A stretch of 64,000 bases of DNA from Podarcis pityusensis (GCA_964106645.2 OZ067040.1); one strand, 5' to 3'; shown: positions 1 through 12,746, counted from the first letter of the stretch. Numbers and translations are program-made. Notes: generated by a model from the sequence alone, not told the origin.

Positions 1-1079
1 TAAGAGTAGACTAGTTGTAAGTGGGATCTTCGTAACAACAAAATTTTTAGGATATTTTTACAAAATCAGTCCCAAATCAGCTCAACCGAAGTGCTGTCAT
101 AACTGTAAACATAAAGATACATGCTAATATCATCATGACATTATAACTTTGGCAGAAATACTTGTGTACAAAGCCTTTTGTGAGAAGCTGCCCTAAGCAT
201 AAAATAACACTGCTGCAGACTAATTGTGAAAGGCACATGTATCCATTATTAGCAGCTTGGAATTTGGAGCCCAATCACTCTCTGATTGCAGATTGCCCGT
301 TCTAAACATTTTAAAGCAAAATATAATACATATTTGTGCCCAGCATAACTGAATTGGTATAAACAGAACTTGTTCTGAGCTGTTATCAGTAGCCATGTCT
401 AAAATCTTGAATGAAACGTGCCTTAAGTCAGCAGTTCACAATATTTCATGTAGTTGCAGTTCTGTGATTCCATGCATTGTGGAACAAGGACCCCAAAACA
501 TTTGTGGTACACTGATTTAGAACAGACAAAATGCAGAATGAGAGGGTTTCCAAAGTTAAATTTTGGTGTAAAACTTTGTTTTCTGTTTACAGATTTTCCA
601 CACTGTGAAATTAACTTCAGAAACCCTGCCCCCCTTTTAGCTGTTCCACAGGCAATTTCATGATTACCCATTATTTATGAAGGGAATAAGAGCGCTAAGT
701 AGAATCTACTGTATGTCTATGTAAGTAGAGAGCCTGAAGATGATTACTTAATGGAGTAGAATTAATGGTTGCCTTGGAGAAGGCCAAGCATTCACCCCTC
801 ACCACCAGCTGGAAAGTGAGTGCTAGCCTAATGGCAGCTGGGAAATGGTGAGAGCAAGTAAGTCAGCCAAGTAAGTGAGATGGTCACATACTAAGATATC
901 GAGACTTTTCTATATTTCCCATGAGGGAAACATTTATCATTGGCACAAAACTCAGGGTACTTGCACTCACTCATAACGAACTCAATAAAGAAATGATTAA
1001 CACATTTAGTAAGCAAGTTCTTAACATTATTTCAAGTACACAAAGTTCTGTTGGTACAAATACTAAAAATTACTGACTG

Positions 1080-1330
1080 CAGCTTAACAACTTGGGACCA
1101 ATATACTTAAAGAATTGCCCTACCCCAAATGTGCCTATTTGCTTACTTCACATTTACAAGTGCCACACAATGTTCATTCGACATTTAAGAGAAATCATTC
1201 CTTTAGCATAGCAGCACCTGTCTTCTGAAACTCCCTGTCTGTTGGCATTAAGCAGGTTCCTTCACAATACTGTTTTATATACCTACTGAAAACTTTTGTT
1301 GTAGCAAAGCTCTCCAGACACATGATTTGA
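1080..1330 (+). mobile_element. Degenerate L2-type LINE 3' fragment
   Basis: Decayed translation resembles the L2 ORF2 C-terminus (LNNLGP.YL; SFSIAAP..(W)NSL; LLKT). Confidence 0.55.
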
Positions 1331-1569
1331 TTTTTGATTTTTCTGAACAAGCAGCATATAAATTTTCTAAATTAGAGCAATACTTTCTCTGAAGTTACTT
1401 GCCTTTTACTGCTGGATTCATTAGCCCATACTAAAAAATGGAAATTGCTCTGATTTAGGAGGATAAGCTACACTTCTTTTTGAAAAAGAGGATCTGATCT
1501 CCAAAGTGCACACAAACCGAGGTTTTCAGTCTATGCTGTTCCGATAACCCATACAGCTAGCAGGAAGTG

Positions 1570-3013
1570 GCACAACCTGCATGGGTCATATGGTACTCAT
1601 GCTACCTGCGTTTTCACAGCACACTGCTTGAACTCTGAACTGTGCATTGAGACCTGAGTCAGGAGCATGGAAAGCTAGCATCTGGGAACACTCTAAAATG
1701 GGACTGGAGGCAGAATTTTCATCATAAGATGAAGAGGTTTGGAAATTCTCAGCCAGATGAGCAAGTACAGTGGCTGCAGACCTCAGAACACACTGAGGTG
1801 GTAGTAGAAGGTACAGCGTACAAAACAATTCATGCTCCTCCCCAAAGAAGGGAGAGATGTGTGGTGGTAGCAGGTGACTTTCTACAGAGGACAGAGGCAG
1901 TAGTGTGCCGGAAAATGACTCATGGTTTCAGTTGTCTCTATACAAATGCACAGAGTACAGGAAACAAGCAAGAAAAACTTGAGCTCTGAATACAGGATGG
2001 CAAATATTATCTAATAGGCATTACTGGAACATGGTGGAATGAGACTGGAATGAAGGAATTGAGGGGTATGACTCATTCAAAATGAATAGATCAAACAGGA
2101 AGGGGGGAGAAATAGAATTACATGTAAAAGATGTGTACACTTGTGAAGAGATCCATGAGACTATATGGGTAAAAATGGTAGAAGGAACAACAGTGACCTT
2201 GGACTGAAGACTTGAATGAAGCCTTCCTAGAGCAGATTATCAACCATTCAAAAAGGAAAGATATAGTAGTCATGGGAGACTTCAACTACCCCAATATCTG
2301 TTGGAACTCAAACTCTGCCAAGAATTTAACATCCAACAAATCCCACAATTGGCTCTCTGATGATTTCATTTCCCAAAAGGTAGAAGAAGCAACAAGGGGG
2401 TCATCTATATTGGACCTGGTCCTCACCAACAGGGAGGAACTGATCGACAAGGTGGAAATACTCAGAAACTTGAGAGGAAGTGATCATGCCCTCCTGGTTT
2501 CACGATACAGAGGAGAAGGGAAAGCTGAGTGTAGTCAAGAGATGCACTCTGGACTTTAAGAAGCTCAATTTCTAAAAGTTTAAGGAGCTACTGGGAGAAA
2601 TCCCATGGTCAGAAATACTCAAAAGCTAAGTGAGCCCCAGATAGATGGGAGTTTATTATAGGTGAAATATTAAAGGCCCAAATGCCAACAATTCCAACAA
2701 GAAAGAAAAGCAGGAGGTAGCTAAAGAAACTGGTGTGGCTGCATAAGGAGCTGATGGATTAGCTGAGATGTAAGAAGGGAATGTATTATAAATGGAAGAG
2801 AGGAGAAATCACAAAGGAAGGGTAGATACAAGTATCCAACAGTTGCAAGGAGAAGGTCAGGCAGGCCAAAGCTCAGAATGAAGTCAGGTTTGCAAGTGAG
2901 GTTAAAAATAACTTTAAAAGCTTATTCAGCTATGTTTGAAGCAAGAAGAACAATCAAGTAATAGGGTCCTTGTGTGAAGAAGACAGAAAAATGCTATTGA
3001 GTGACAGAGAGAA
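1570..3013 (+). mobile_element. CR1 LINE fragment: ORF1 remnant plus ORF2 AP-endonuclease region, with stops and frameshifts
   Basis: VVVAGDFLQRTEA (ORF1 esterase start), CLYTNAQSTGNKQEKLE, IVVMGDFNYPNICW, ILDLVLTN and GSDH motifs. The 5' boundary is approximate. Confidence 0.88.
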
Positions 3014-3027
3014 GTATTTTTCTAAAC

Positions 3028-3085
3028 TGAAATAGCTCAGTCGGTACAGCATGAAACTCTGAATCTCAGGGTCATGGGTTCAAGC
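3028..3085 (+). mobile_element. tRNA-derived SINE head fragment
   Basis: A-box tagctcagtcgg and B-box ggttcaagc; same family head as 39608-39738; no acceptor stem. Confidence 0.65.
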
Positions 3086-3218
3086 TGTGTACCAATGGCT
3101 CAGGCTTTTCTTATACCACCTGTGACCTAATGTACCTTAAAATTCATGTCTATCAAGCAATCTGGCATAAAATTTCCCCAACCACACAGGATTGATCTAG
3201 GGAGCTAATAAAGACATC

Positions 3219-3244
3219 GTGTGTGTGTGTGTGTGTGTGTGTGT
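3219..3244. repeat. (GT)n microsatellite
   Basis: Direct read. Confidence 0.95.
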
Positions 3245-4198
3245 ATTCTGTGTTAGCTGTTTAATTTCATTCACGTGTTCTTTTAAATACGTAGAAATGT
3301 CCATTGAACATACCTGATTTTACTCCCCTTGACCTTACAGGGGAAGTCACAGCACTAATTAGGTTGCATAATGCTGTTCCTCTGCTAATCATTTTCTGAA
3401 TGTCAGGTGCCTTCGAACTCCATTCCTCCTCCAAATGCTAAGAAATGAACAAGATGTTATTTTCAACTACTGACTATATTTGTAAGTGTGACAAAAAGCA
3501 TTCCACTCTAGATGGGCTGGACATGGCCAGAAATTATCTCATCATGTCACACATCCCACTTGCTCTATCATCAAACTGTGCCCTGCCATTTCTCATTTAT
3601 GACCCAAAAACTGGAGTGAATATTTTTTTAAAAGTGAGATAGCAGAACTCTCAAATGAAATAGGGCTGGGAAGATGTACTGGTACCAAAATACTGCAAGT
3701 ACTTTACTCATATTTAAACCATGCCCAGTTTCTTATTATAAAAATGAATCATATACAACAATAGTTTGTGTTGAAACATAGCTAAAAATGGGACAAAAGG
3801 TGTCTGTCTCAGTCTAGCAATTAGTTGCAAGCCAAGTTCTCCACACTTGCAAGAATTTCCCTATTCACTAATGTGTGCAGCTGCACAACGTACATCCTTT
3901 TGCACACACAGAGGTGTCTTTTGCTTTGAAGTGAGTTGGTAAGCTCTTGCAAGTGCATCGTCTGTCCCTTGGAGCTGTGTCATTATGGTCAGTAGTCAAC
4001 TAAGTCTTTACTAGGTGTACACCCATTGAAATAACGGACCTAACTTAGTCATTAATTTCCATGGATCTACACTGAGTAAAACCCAGTTGAATACCAACGA
4101 AAGATATCATTCAAAAGATCTACAACGTTCCTACTTAATTCTTTAAAACCAAAAGGACACCATCAGTTGACAAATCAACTGACATACAAATCCAATTA

Positions 4199-4414
4199 CA
4201 GTGGTACCTTGGGTTACATACGCTTCAGGTTACAGACTCCACTAACCCGGAAATATTACCTCGGGTTAAGAACTTTGCTTCAGGATGAGAACAGAAATTT
4301 TGCAGCGGTGGCACAGTGGCAGCATTGGCTAAAGTGGTGCTTCAGCTTAAGAACAGTTTCATGTTAAGAACAGACCTCCAGAACGAATTAAGTTCTTAAC
4401 CTGAGGTACCACTG
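4199..4414 (-). mobile_element. Tc1/mariner-pogo (Tigger-like) MITE, copy 1, inverted relative to copies 2 and 3
   Basis: TIR CAGTGGTACCT...AGGTACCACTG flanked by TA on both sides. Confidence 0.88.
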
Positions 4415-4453
4415 TAATGAAATTATTGTCAGAAATGATAAGAAGTCTCTCAC

Positions 4454-4610
4454 CTTGGTGTTCTGCAAATGTTTGTTTAAATTCTCCACATTCAAAGAGG
4501 GCTGGGTAGCTGGGATTCTTTCCGTCATCTCATCTACCCATTTCTTCAAAGATTCTACATGAAGATTGAACTCATCCATCTGCTTCTGGCAAGAGGACAC
4601 ATCCTCTTCT
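4454..4610 (-). CDS. DST: Spectrin-rod exon (EEDVSSCQKQMDEFNLHVESLKKWV...LQNTK); last exon found in the window
   Basis: gtgcag| and |gtgaga; 157 nt, phase 2/0. Confidence 0.94.
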
Positions 4611-5426
4611 CTGCACAATTGAAAACAAGGAAGGGATACGGGAGAGATAGTCTCCTTGTTCTCGGGATAATGTAGGCAAATCCTTCTTCTAGGTAAAACT
4701 ATAATATGGGCTGTATTAACAACCAGTATGTATAGCCGGGACTGAAAGCACTCCTATTTATGCACAGAAGGGTTGCAAGTGTTCTTTTCAGATTACAGCC
4801 CCTCATACCACACCTCACATTTCAAATGCTGCTCCAAAGTGAGAGTCTTGATGGACTAACAGGGGCTTGTCACAATGTACATGCAAACCATCACACCCGG
4901 CCCTTTAGATCTCAGCCCAACTAGTGGCATTTCCTTATATATTATTACTGTATTTTTACTGTTGTCTGGTTGGTGCACACAAGTTCCTGGAGATGAAATC
5001 CCAGCCACTTCACTCCTCCCTGTGCCATGCTGAGCTAAGCCACATATTTGCTTATCATATCATCTAGAATTGGACTCATGATTTAGTTTTCTCCAGAAAA
5101 CATGCCGCACCAAACTATGGCTCAGCTCAGCATTTCTAGTTCTTTTGCTGCTTGCACCATGCTGAGCCACATATTTGCTTATCATACTGTGTGGACTCCT
5201 AGAGAAGAGAACCCATACACTTGTGCATCTATGCAAAGCTACGGTTTGGCTTAGCATGACGAGTGTTTCTTAATTCTGCAATATTGTTACAAGCCAGTAA
5301 CTTCTCCTTCACTTTATGAAACTGCAAAACACACCACAACCGTCTTATAGGTCTGTGCATCACATTATTTGGAACTCTCACTTTTATAGTTGCAGCATTT
5401 AATATGTGTAATTGGTAACCCTTTAG

Positions 5427-5457
5427 TTGGTTGGTTGGTTGGTTGGTTGGTTGGTTG
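5427..5457. repeat. (GTTG)n tetranucleotide microsatellite
   Basis: Direct read. Confidence 0.95.
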
Positions 5458-5787
5458 ACTGATGAATTGGCAAGATTACAAGTTCAAGGCATGCTTTGCT
5501 GAGCCTATTTTGATTCTGCTGTACACTATGGGGGGGGGGAATATTAAAGATTAACTTCTAGTATTGAGTGGGATATTTTATTTATCAAATTCTAAGTTAC
5601 CTCAAAAAGGCACCTATAATGAAGTGTTTGAAATATGCACATGGAAATTATTGTAATTAGGTAAAAATAAATCAGTCACAAGACAGATAATCAGCAGAAA
5701 TTATTTACTCATTGACAACCCTGATTATTTTCATCACCACCACCACCATCAGCACACACTATTCTAAAATTTGATTACTGTACTCAC

Positions 5788-5954
5788 TTTTCTCGTATAG
5801 TCTCTTCCATTTCCTTGAATTTCTTTGACAAGGCATTTACTTTTTCTAACACTAATGACCTGTCTCCAGGAAGAGCATGAGGAGAGAGTTCTTCAATGAG
5901 GTGTTGCAAATTTTCAAGATCTTTTTTCTGCTCCATCAGTTCAGTGTTGGTTTC
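5788..5954 (-). CDS. DST: Spectrin-rod exon (ETNTELMEQKKDLE...EETIREK)
   Basis: ttaaag| and |gtgagt; 167 nt, phase 0/2. Confidence 0.94.
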
Positions 5955-6130
5955 CTTTAAAATGGACAAGAAAGTAATTGCTTCACACCTGAACACACTG
6001 CACGGTGTTCAAAATTTATTCCTTGGACTCAGCAGGTTCTCTTATAATTGTGGGTGGCATAGTTACACCAGCCATTGTACTGCTCAGTAAGGGGCAATGT
6101 AGGGCTCACAAAAGTAAAAATCTACAGTAC

Positions 6131-6448
6131 CTGCACATATAAGGACATCTCAGTAACGTCTTTTCCTGGGATGTCAGCCTCACCAAGAGCCTGAGTTTTC
6201 TTGTCCAAGAATGACTGGAGTTTATCAGTGAGGCACTCAAACAGCTCCACTTTGGTCTTCAATCCCTCCAACTTTTCAAGTTTTTTCCTGTGTTTATTAT
6301 TTGCTTCACAAAACCGCTGAGAAAGTTCGTTCATTTTAGCTTGTAAAGAGGATGCAGTGGATGGGTCTGTTGTTTCCATGAATTTGTTCAACTTTTCTTT
6401 CATGGCATTTAGGCTACTTTGCCGACCCACAATGTCTTGTTCTAGAGC
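6131..6448 (-). CDS. DST: Spectrin-rod exon ([20 protein letters not shown]...MSLYVQ)
   Basis: tcccag| and |gtactg; 318 nt, phase 0/0. Confidence 0.95.
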
Positions 6449-6609
6449 CTGGGATAAATAGATAAGTCTGAGAAGACAGCCATACTCATGGGTGCATCTC
6501 TATGTGAATGAAGTGATTGCAAGCTGATGTAAATAACTGCACTTCCTGTAGTCAGTTTCTAAAGCAATGGTATCCACAAACAAGAAGTGGCAATGAGGAG
6601 AACCCCAAA

Positions 6610-6990
6610 GATAAAGATGCAGAAGAAATTTGAATTGCATTTAAAGGTGAGCATGAAAGAATATGTGAAGCAAAAGCACAGCTATCCTTTGCACGTCTCC
6701 AAATTTACCAATGCAGTTCTCAAACTAAAAAAATCTATACACAACTGTGTATATTAGCATGAAATATTTATAAAAATTCAATGAATGTAGCACACAAAAC
6801 TGCATAACAGGCAAAAATTGTTGCAAAAATGTGTATATCGGGCAAAATTGCACACATCTATGTGTACATTTAGGAGAAAGGCACACAAAAATGCTAATGA
6901 ATTGTTGTGATGACTTCTTTAAAAAAAATTTGAACTGATGCAGAAATGTGGCAAACAGAACTTAAGATTGGAAAAAGAAGAAACCAAAAG
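6610..6990 (+). repeat. Unclassified A-rich interspersed repeat with short internal sub-repeats
   Basis: Recurring tgtgtatatt...aaaattgca units; family not identified. Confidence 0.35.
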
Positions 6991-7397
6991 AGACAGATTT
7001 GTTTATTGCTACTCGTAGAAAAGGTAGTCATAACTCAATAGCTGCAGAAGTGACGACCAATGGTTTTGTGCAGCCCCCTGTGCCGACCCTGGCAGTATAT
7101 TTCGATTTGTGGCAGTCTGCACAGAGACTGGGATAGGTGACATGCACTTTCAGGTTGTTTGGCACACTAACATACAATATTAGCATGCATCTCACCCACA
7201 AATGCACTATGCGCACTAGAGAAAGTCACCGTCTAGTTGCACTCTAATGAAACACTGTTTTAAGACTGAATTTTCTTCAGATACCTGAATGTATTAATGA
7301 AAACCTATTTTCAGTATCTTGATTTCCCCCGCCCCCAATTTGAGCTTTAAGTTCCTGGCATTAGTAGGAAAATTTGCTCTGCTAAAAACTAACTCAC

Positions 7398-7606
7398 CAT
7401 ACTTTTACTAATGACATCCTGAATTACAGAAGAATTCAAAGGCACTTGACCTTGCTCCTCAAGACTCTTCTCAACACCATTCATCCAATCAAGCATTTCA
7501 TCCAATCCATCCTGGACGCTTAATGAACGTGTCAGAGTGATCTGAAGTTTCTCATTCCGGTCATTCACTGCTTTGGATAAGTGATTATACTTATCCACAA
7601 TAGTAT
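7398..7606 (-). CDS. DST: Spectrin-rod exon ([41 protein letters not shown]...)
   Basis: tttcag| and |gtgagt; 209 nt, phase 1/0. Confidence 0.96.
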
Positions 7607-7707
7607 CTGAAAGAAACAAGTAGATAAAGGATAGTTTATAAGTTCATAACCATTTTAGAATACAAGCAACTGCCTTTGGCAGAGTTATGCTAATATTCCA
7701 GCTAAAT

Positions 7708-7836
7708 AAGGGATGGGGAACCCATAGCCACCCAGATGCGGTTGGACAACAATTCCTATCACCCTGGTACCATTGGCCACGGGGGCTGAAATTGGAATCG
7801 AACAACATCTGGAGGGCCATAGGTTCACTACCCCAG
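7708..7836. mobile_element. Short palindromic hAT-like MITE
   Basis: Termini like AGGGATGGGGAACC...GGTTCACTACCCCAG; same family as the copies at 10468, 22208 and 55772. Confidence 0.55.
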
Positions 7837-10467
7837 GGCTATCACAACATAATTTACTGCAATTGGAAACAGCACTTTGGGGTCTCAGGCACAAGTGTTT
7901 GCCAATCCTGCTCCCTAACACCCTATGACTGGGTGTTCTGTACCTTAAACAAGTTATTGGGGAAGAAGAGAAGTTAATCCGTAAAGTGTAGCTTGCCTTG
8001 GCACACTGCGGCAGGAGTTTGAAAAGCTGCACCTGACAATATTCTCTTATATACACAAGTGTCAATTTTACAAGAGCCTTAACGCTGAAAGGTTAGCCAA
8101 AAATACCAGCAAAGCAATACTTTGCATGTAAAACACACATTCAAAGTATTGCTAGGTCGCTATTTTCGGCCAAGCTTATTTCAACCATGAACAAGATAGA
8201 GAGTTGAAAACATAATCCCTTTGAAAACAGGCAGGAGAAATTTCCCCTAAGTTTTGGAGCAGGATAGGCAACTAGACAAAGTGGTGGGAGTGTCTCCCCC
8301 CCTTTTCAACTTTTTTTTAAAAAATCCCTGTAGCTGCCTGTATCCCACATATTCTGGAACACTCATGGGAAATAACACACTCTCTCTCCTCTTAAGGAAC
8401 AGTCCCCACTCCCAAAAAAATTCTTCTAACTCACTTTCCCAATCCACACCTAAAGATTTGCCTAAGGAGTATTCTTCAGAATTTAGTATTTGCAAACAGC
8501 TAGCCAATATGACCAATAACTAGCTGTGACAAGGAGCATACCACACGATATAGGAAAGAGGCCAGTTAACACAAGCCGCACACAGTAGCGAACAATGCTT
8601 GGCTCTCAGAGTAGCCCCAGAAGGATGCAGAATTTTCTACTTGAGGTTCTCTCAAGTGAAACTGTACCTTAGAAACTGAACCTTAAAAATTCACAGCATA
8701 GGGGACCCATAGATAAAAGTTATTTTTTTCTGAGAGCGTACTATGGATTCTTCATCAGTACGCTGACTGGAGTCAGACATATTCGACTCTGAGAACAACA
8801 AAGGGTTGGGAACACGTGATTCCCTTTTACAAGGGAGCTGGGAACATGTGATTCCTTCTATGCCTGAAGTGCATGCCCACAGAAGACGGCCTTGTGGATA
8901 AAACAGTTGGATAGAACAGTTAATCGATTCAGGTGGCTTGACACAGGTTTTAAAAAGGCAAATTGCAAAATATCTAAAAGAAAGAGGTTATATCCCCAAA
9001 GACTGCTGAGGCCTGAAGTCAAAGGGCAATATTCTACAAAAGAAGGATTTCATCTGTTCTTCCTGCTGATTGATTTTAGCAACTGATATCACTGTCTCAT
9101 AAAGGGGACAATTCTATCAGTTGCTCAGAACTACCCTACATCTCCAAGCCAGGTAAATACAACCTGGCTTTTATTCTTTACAGCAGGAATGGGGAACCCT
9201 TTTCAGCCTGTGGGTAGCATTATTTTCTGGGCAAGTTTCCAGGGACAACATGCCAGTGGTACGCTGTAACAGAGGCAAAAGCAAGCAGAGTAATGAATGT
9301 AAATTTTGTCTTTGTACAATAGGCTAGTCTCTACACACACTCCCATACTCTTTTCTATCCTCAAGAAGGGTGCAAAGCGAAGAAGTGGTTTAGCTGGTGA
9401 GGGGATCTGAAATGGGGGGGTTCCCCAGAAATTCTGTAGTGTCGGGTTTCCCGCTTTTTTTTGACACATTCTTTATTCATCAAATATCAAACACAAATAG
9501 CTAGAAAAGCAGCTAGAAAAATATCAGACAGAGCACTGAAAAACAAACCACCAAAAATTTAGCAGGTTAAGCAGTGCCAGGCATGAGTATGAAAGGAGGT
9601 ATTGCAATATTTTAATACATTAACTTGTAACAGCAGGATATTAAACAGATGGACTTCGCATACTTGACGGTTGGAACCAGGGAATTAAAGGCTTAAGTCT
9701 GCATAGCCAGCTTTCTCTTGCAGGCCTTTATACATATTCCAGTAATCTCATATGGCTGCTAGGGCAGAACAGTTATAATTTTAAAAGAAACCTCAATCAG
9801 CTCAGATATCCTCTTCTCCAGACTCTTAGGATGTGTGTCTTTTTAACTCACTGAAACCACAAGATCACCCCTGAATCCAAAGTTTAGTTTAACCCGTCAT
9901 TACCTCTGCACTTCTTGGTAACAGTTTCTCTGTTTCAGCATATTTGATTATTATTACAAGTAGAAATATCACTGAACTGTGTGTCATTTCCCCTAATTCT
10001 TTTCCGGCTTGAAACAGGAAAACAAATTCTGAACATGCACAGTTAATGCCTATGCTGGCCTTTGAATAATAGATAGTTGATGGCCTCTGATCTTAACTTT
10101 TAAATGTATGTGTGTGTGTGTGTATAGAGAGAGAGTAAACTAATTTGATTTTTTAAAAAATGGTATAGTGGTAAATAAATATTTGTATAAAGAAATATAG
10201 ATGTGATGAACTAGAAAGCGATACTACTCTTCTTAACTATAAATGTTTACATATGATTAGCGCTACGGTAGTTACGTTGAAACTTCTTTCCACAATAACT
10301 TTGGGGCTTCCATGTGCACAAGGTGACTTTTTGCCTTGGAGCAGCAGGACACGCTACCACCGACACCAACACTATGACTTGTCACTAATGGGTTTGGAAA
10401 GTTCTGCAAGTTTCAAAAGCCATTTGTCGTGTGGTCTGAGTTCTGATAAACCCAAGTGCTTCATAAA

Positions 10468-10595
10468 CAGAGATGGGGAACCCGTGGTCCTCCAAATGTT
10501 GCTGGAACACAATGCCCATCATCCCTGACCACTGGGTGGGACTGATGGGAGCTGGAATTCGACAGCACCTGGAGGGCCCAGCTACCCCAATGCTG
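10468..10595. mobile_element. Short palindromic hAT-like MITE
   Basis: CAGAGATGGGGAACC...CCCCAATGCTG with internal inverted symmetry. Confidence 0.6.
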
Positions 10596-11054
10596 CCCTA
10601 GGATTACCTGAAGCTATTGAAGCTAAGCAGATGGAAATCTGATCAGTGCCTCACGGAAAAGCTACTGGGAGTCTCACATGAGCAACTTCAACACATCTCC
10701 CCTCCACCCTTTTGCCCTTGAAAATGGCTCACTCATTCCATTTGTAACATGCGACTGCAGCAGACCTGCATTTAGACACGGGCCTGTCACTGTCACGTAC
10801 GGTTTGGCGCTACATTGTAGGGACATGACCCAGCCAAACCTGAGCACTACTAAGTCCTGCTGATTTTCATGGGCTGAGAGCTAAACAACTGCTCCGCCTG
10901 ATTCAGTAAATTATGCCCTTTACCTTAAAAAATAATAACGGTAAAAATAGCTGAGTTGTAGGAGGCGAGGAGGCAACCACCACTTAGTATCTTCTCCAGT
11001 CTACAAATATGAGCAATGGAAGAAGGAAATGGAGAAGACAGTTACTCATCTTAC

Positions 11055-11178
11055 CCAGGGTATTCTGGATTTCATCTTTGTCTGGCAGTAACTCTCCCCT
11101 GGTGTCAAAAAGCACTTCGGCAGCTTTTTTCAGTTTCTCTACAGCAACCTGGTGACCGGACACCTGCCCCTGAAGCAC
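11055..11178 (-). CDS. DST: Spectrin-rod exon ([23 protein letters not shown]...IQNTL)
   Basis: ttacag| and |gtaaga; 124 nt, phase 0/1. Confidence 0.95.
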
Positions 11179-11947
11179 CTGTAAAAATGTACAATTTTTC
11201 AATTCTACTGCTTGCTAACTTGTGTGTGTATGTACACACAGGCACACAATAACAGTAAGATCGGTTTGGCAGACACCATTAAACATCTTACAGATGACAA
11301 TACACATCTTGCTCTGCTGGGGAACTTCTGAGCAGAATCCAGTTGGCTTCTCGGGATGATAGAAAGCTACACTAAATGAAACCATGAGCTGATCCAGAAC
11401 AGGCACTTCTTATCTTGACGGGCAAGCGCAATTTGCAGCCCAAGATATTTTGCTTACTGCCCTTTTTTTGCATAGCTCCCGCTTACTACAGTGGGACTTA
11501 CGCAATGACTATTCTTTTCATGCTATACATTAAAATTGCAACTTGGCTACCACCGTGATAAGCATTTCATTTAAAAAAAAAAAAAAAGGCTCTCCTAACC
11601 AACTGTCATAAACAGAGCTTCCCTGTCACATAAAAGCAGTTACCCATCCATGGGAAGAGAGTTTTGTTATTAAAAACGCAATCTGTGATGTCAGTCGGCC
11701 TTTGGGGTGGTTAAGTGGGCAGGCTGCAGATGGAGAGCCCTCTCTGTTCTGCCTATAGCACTACTTCTGCTTTATGTCACTAGAGATAACATTTGTCGGG
11801 AACCAGGAGGATTTGGAGGAAAGAACTCCAGATAAAGAGAATGTTTCATCTACCTTAATCCAGTTATCTTTTTTTAAAAAACAAAAACAAAAAAAAACTT
11901 CTCATGAAGAAGTGTCCGTGTTGTTGTTTCCTTCCTCCACACAAATA

Positions 11948-12187
11948 CAGTGGTACCTCGGGTTAAGAACTTAATCAGTTCTGGAGGTCCGTTCTTAACC
12001 TGAAACCGTTCTTTACCTGAGGTACCACTTTAGCTAATGGGGCCTCCCGCTGCTGCCACCGCTGCCGCGTGATTTCTGTTCTCATCCTGAGGTAAAGTTC
12101 TTAACCTGAGGTACTACGTCCGGGTTAGCGGAGTCTGTAACCCAAAGTGATTGTAACCTGAAGTGTTTGTAACCCAAGGTACCACTG
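11948..12187 (+). mobile_element. Tigger-like MITE, copy 2
   Basis: Same TIR and TA target-site duplication; internal GTTCTTAACCTGA sub-repeats. Confidence 0.88.
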
Positions 12188-12295
12188 TACTTGAATTGTG
12201 ATTTTTTTTTCCCCAGTTGCCAGGGTGATGCAGTGACTCCGAGTAGGAGTGCTGGGCTTGGACCGAGGAGACTGTGGTCAAATCCCTTCTAAACT

Positions 12296-12746
12296 AGGAC
12301 ATTTCTTTTCTGTCAGAACGTTCTGGAACGCTGTTCTGGCACCTCTCAACTGGGCCCCGGAAGTGCAGAGAGGAGCCCGACCAACCTCAGCAAAGCCCGC
12401 TGCACCTCTAGCTCATTAGGAGACTCTCCCCAGAGCCCAAAAGGAGACATCCGCTTCATGCTCCAGAGAGGGTTTCCTTGTGAGCTGGAGGCACAAAGGT
12501 GCTTTGCTGAGTCTCTGCCAGCTAACACATGGGAAAGCTCATGAGAGCCGGCGAGGTGGGGGCGGGGACACATTAAGCTGCTCAGCTGAGGCGAGGAAGA
12601 CTCACCTCCGATAAGCATCCTCAACAAGCCTCTGGCTCATGAGGAGAAACCCCCCACAAGTCCAAAGAGATCCTCTTTGGGCTCTGGGGTGGGCCTTCTG
12701 AGGGAGGTCCGTTCTGACACCTTTTTGTCTAGAAAAAAAGCACCGT
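12296..12746. mobile_element. GC-rich non-autonomous DNA-transposon-like insert, apparently splitting an older MIR/Squam3-like SINE (head about 12216-12290, tail about 12790-12880)
   Basis: Abrupt GC-rich block ending TAGAAAAAAAGCACCG, with SINE-like sequence on both sides; boundaries approximate. Confidence 0.4.

Noticed and set aside
77-301. Minus-strand ORF near the window start as the next DST exon
   Set aside because: The nearest acceptor gives an early in-frame stop and any similarity to a spectrin repeat is unconvincing; the next exon probably lies outside the window.
1403-1430. 28-nt AG...GCAAGT bounded segment on the minus strand (YGLMNPAVK)
   Set aside because: Good-looking splice signals, but it shifts the frame (phase 0 to 1), needs a GC donor and has no recognisable dystonin homology; unsupported without RNA data.
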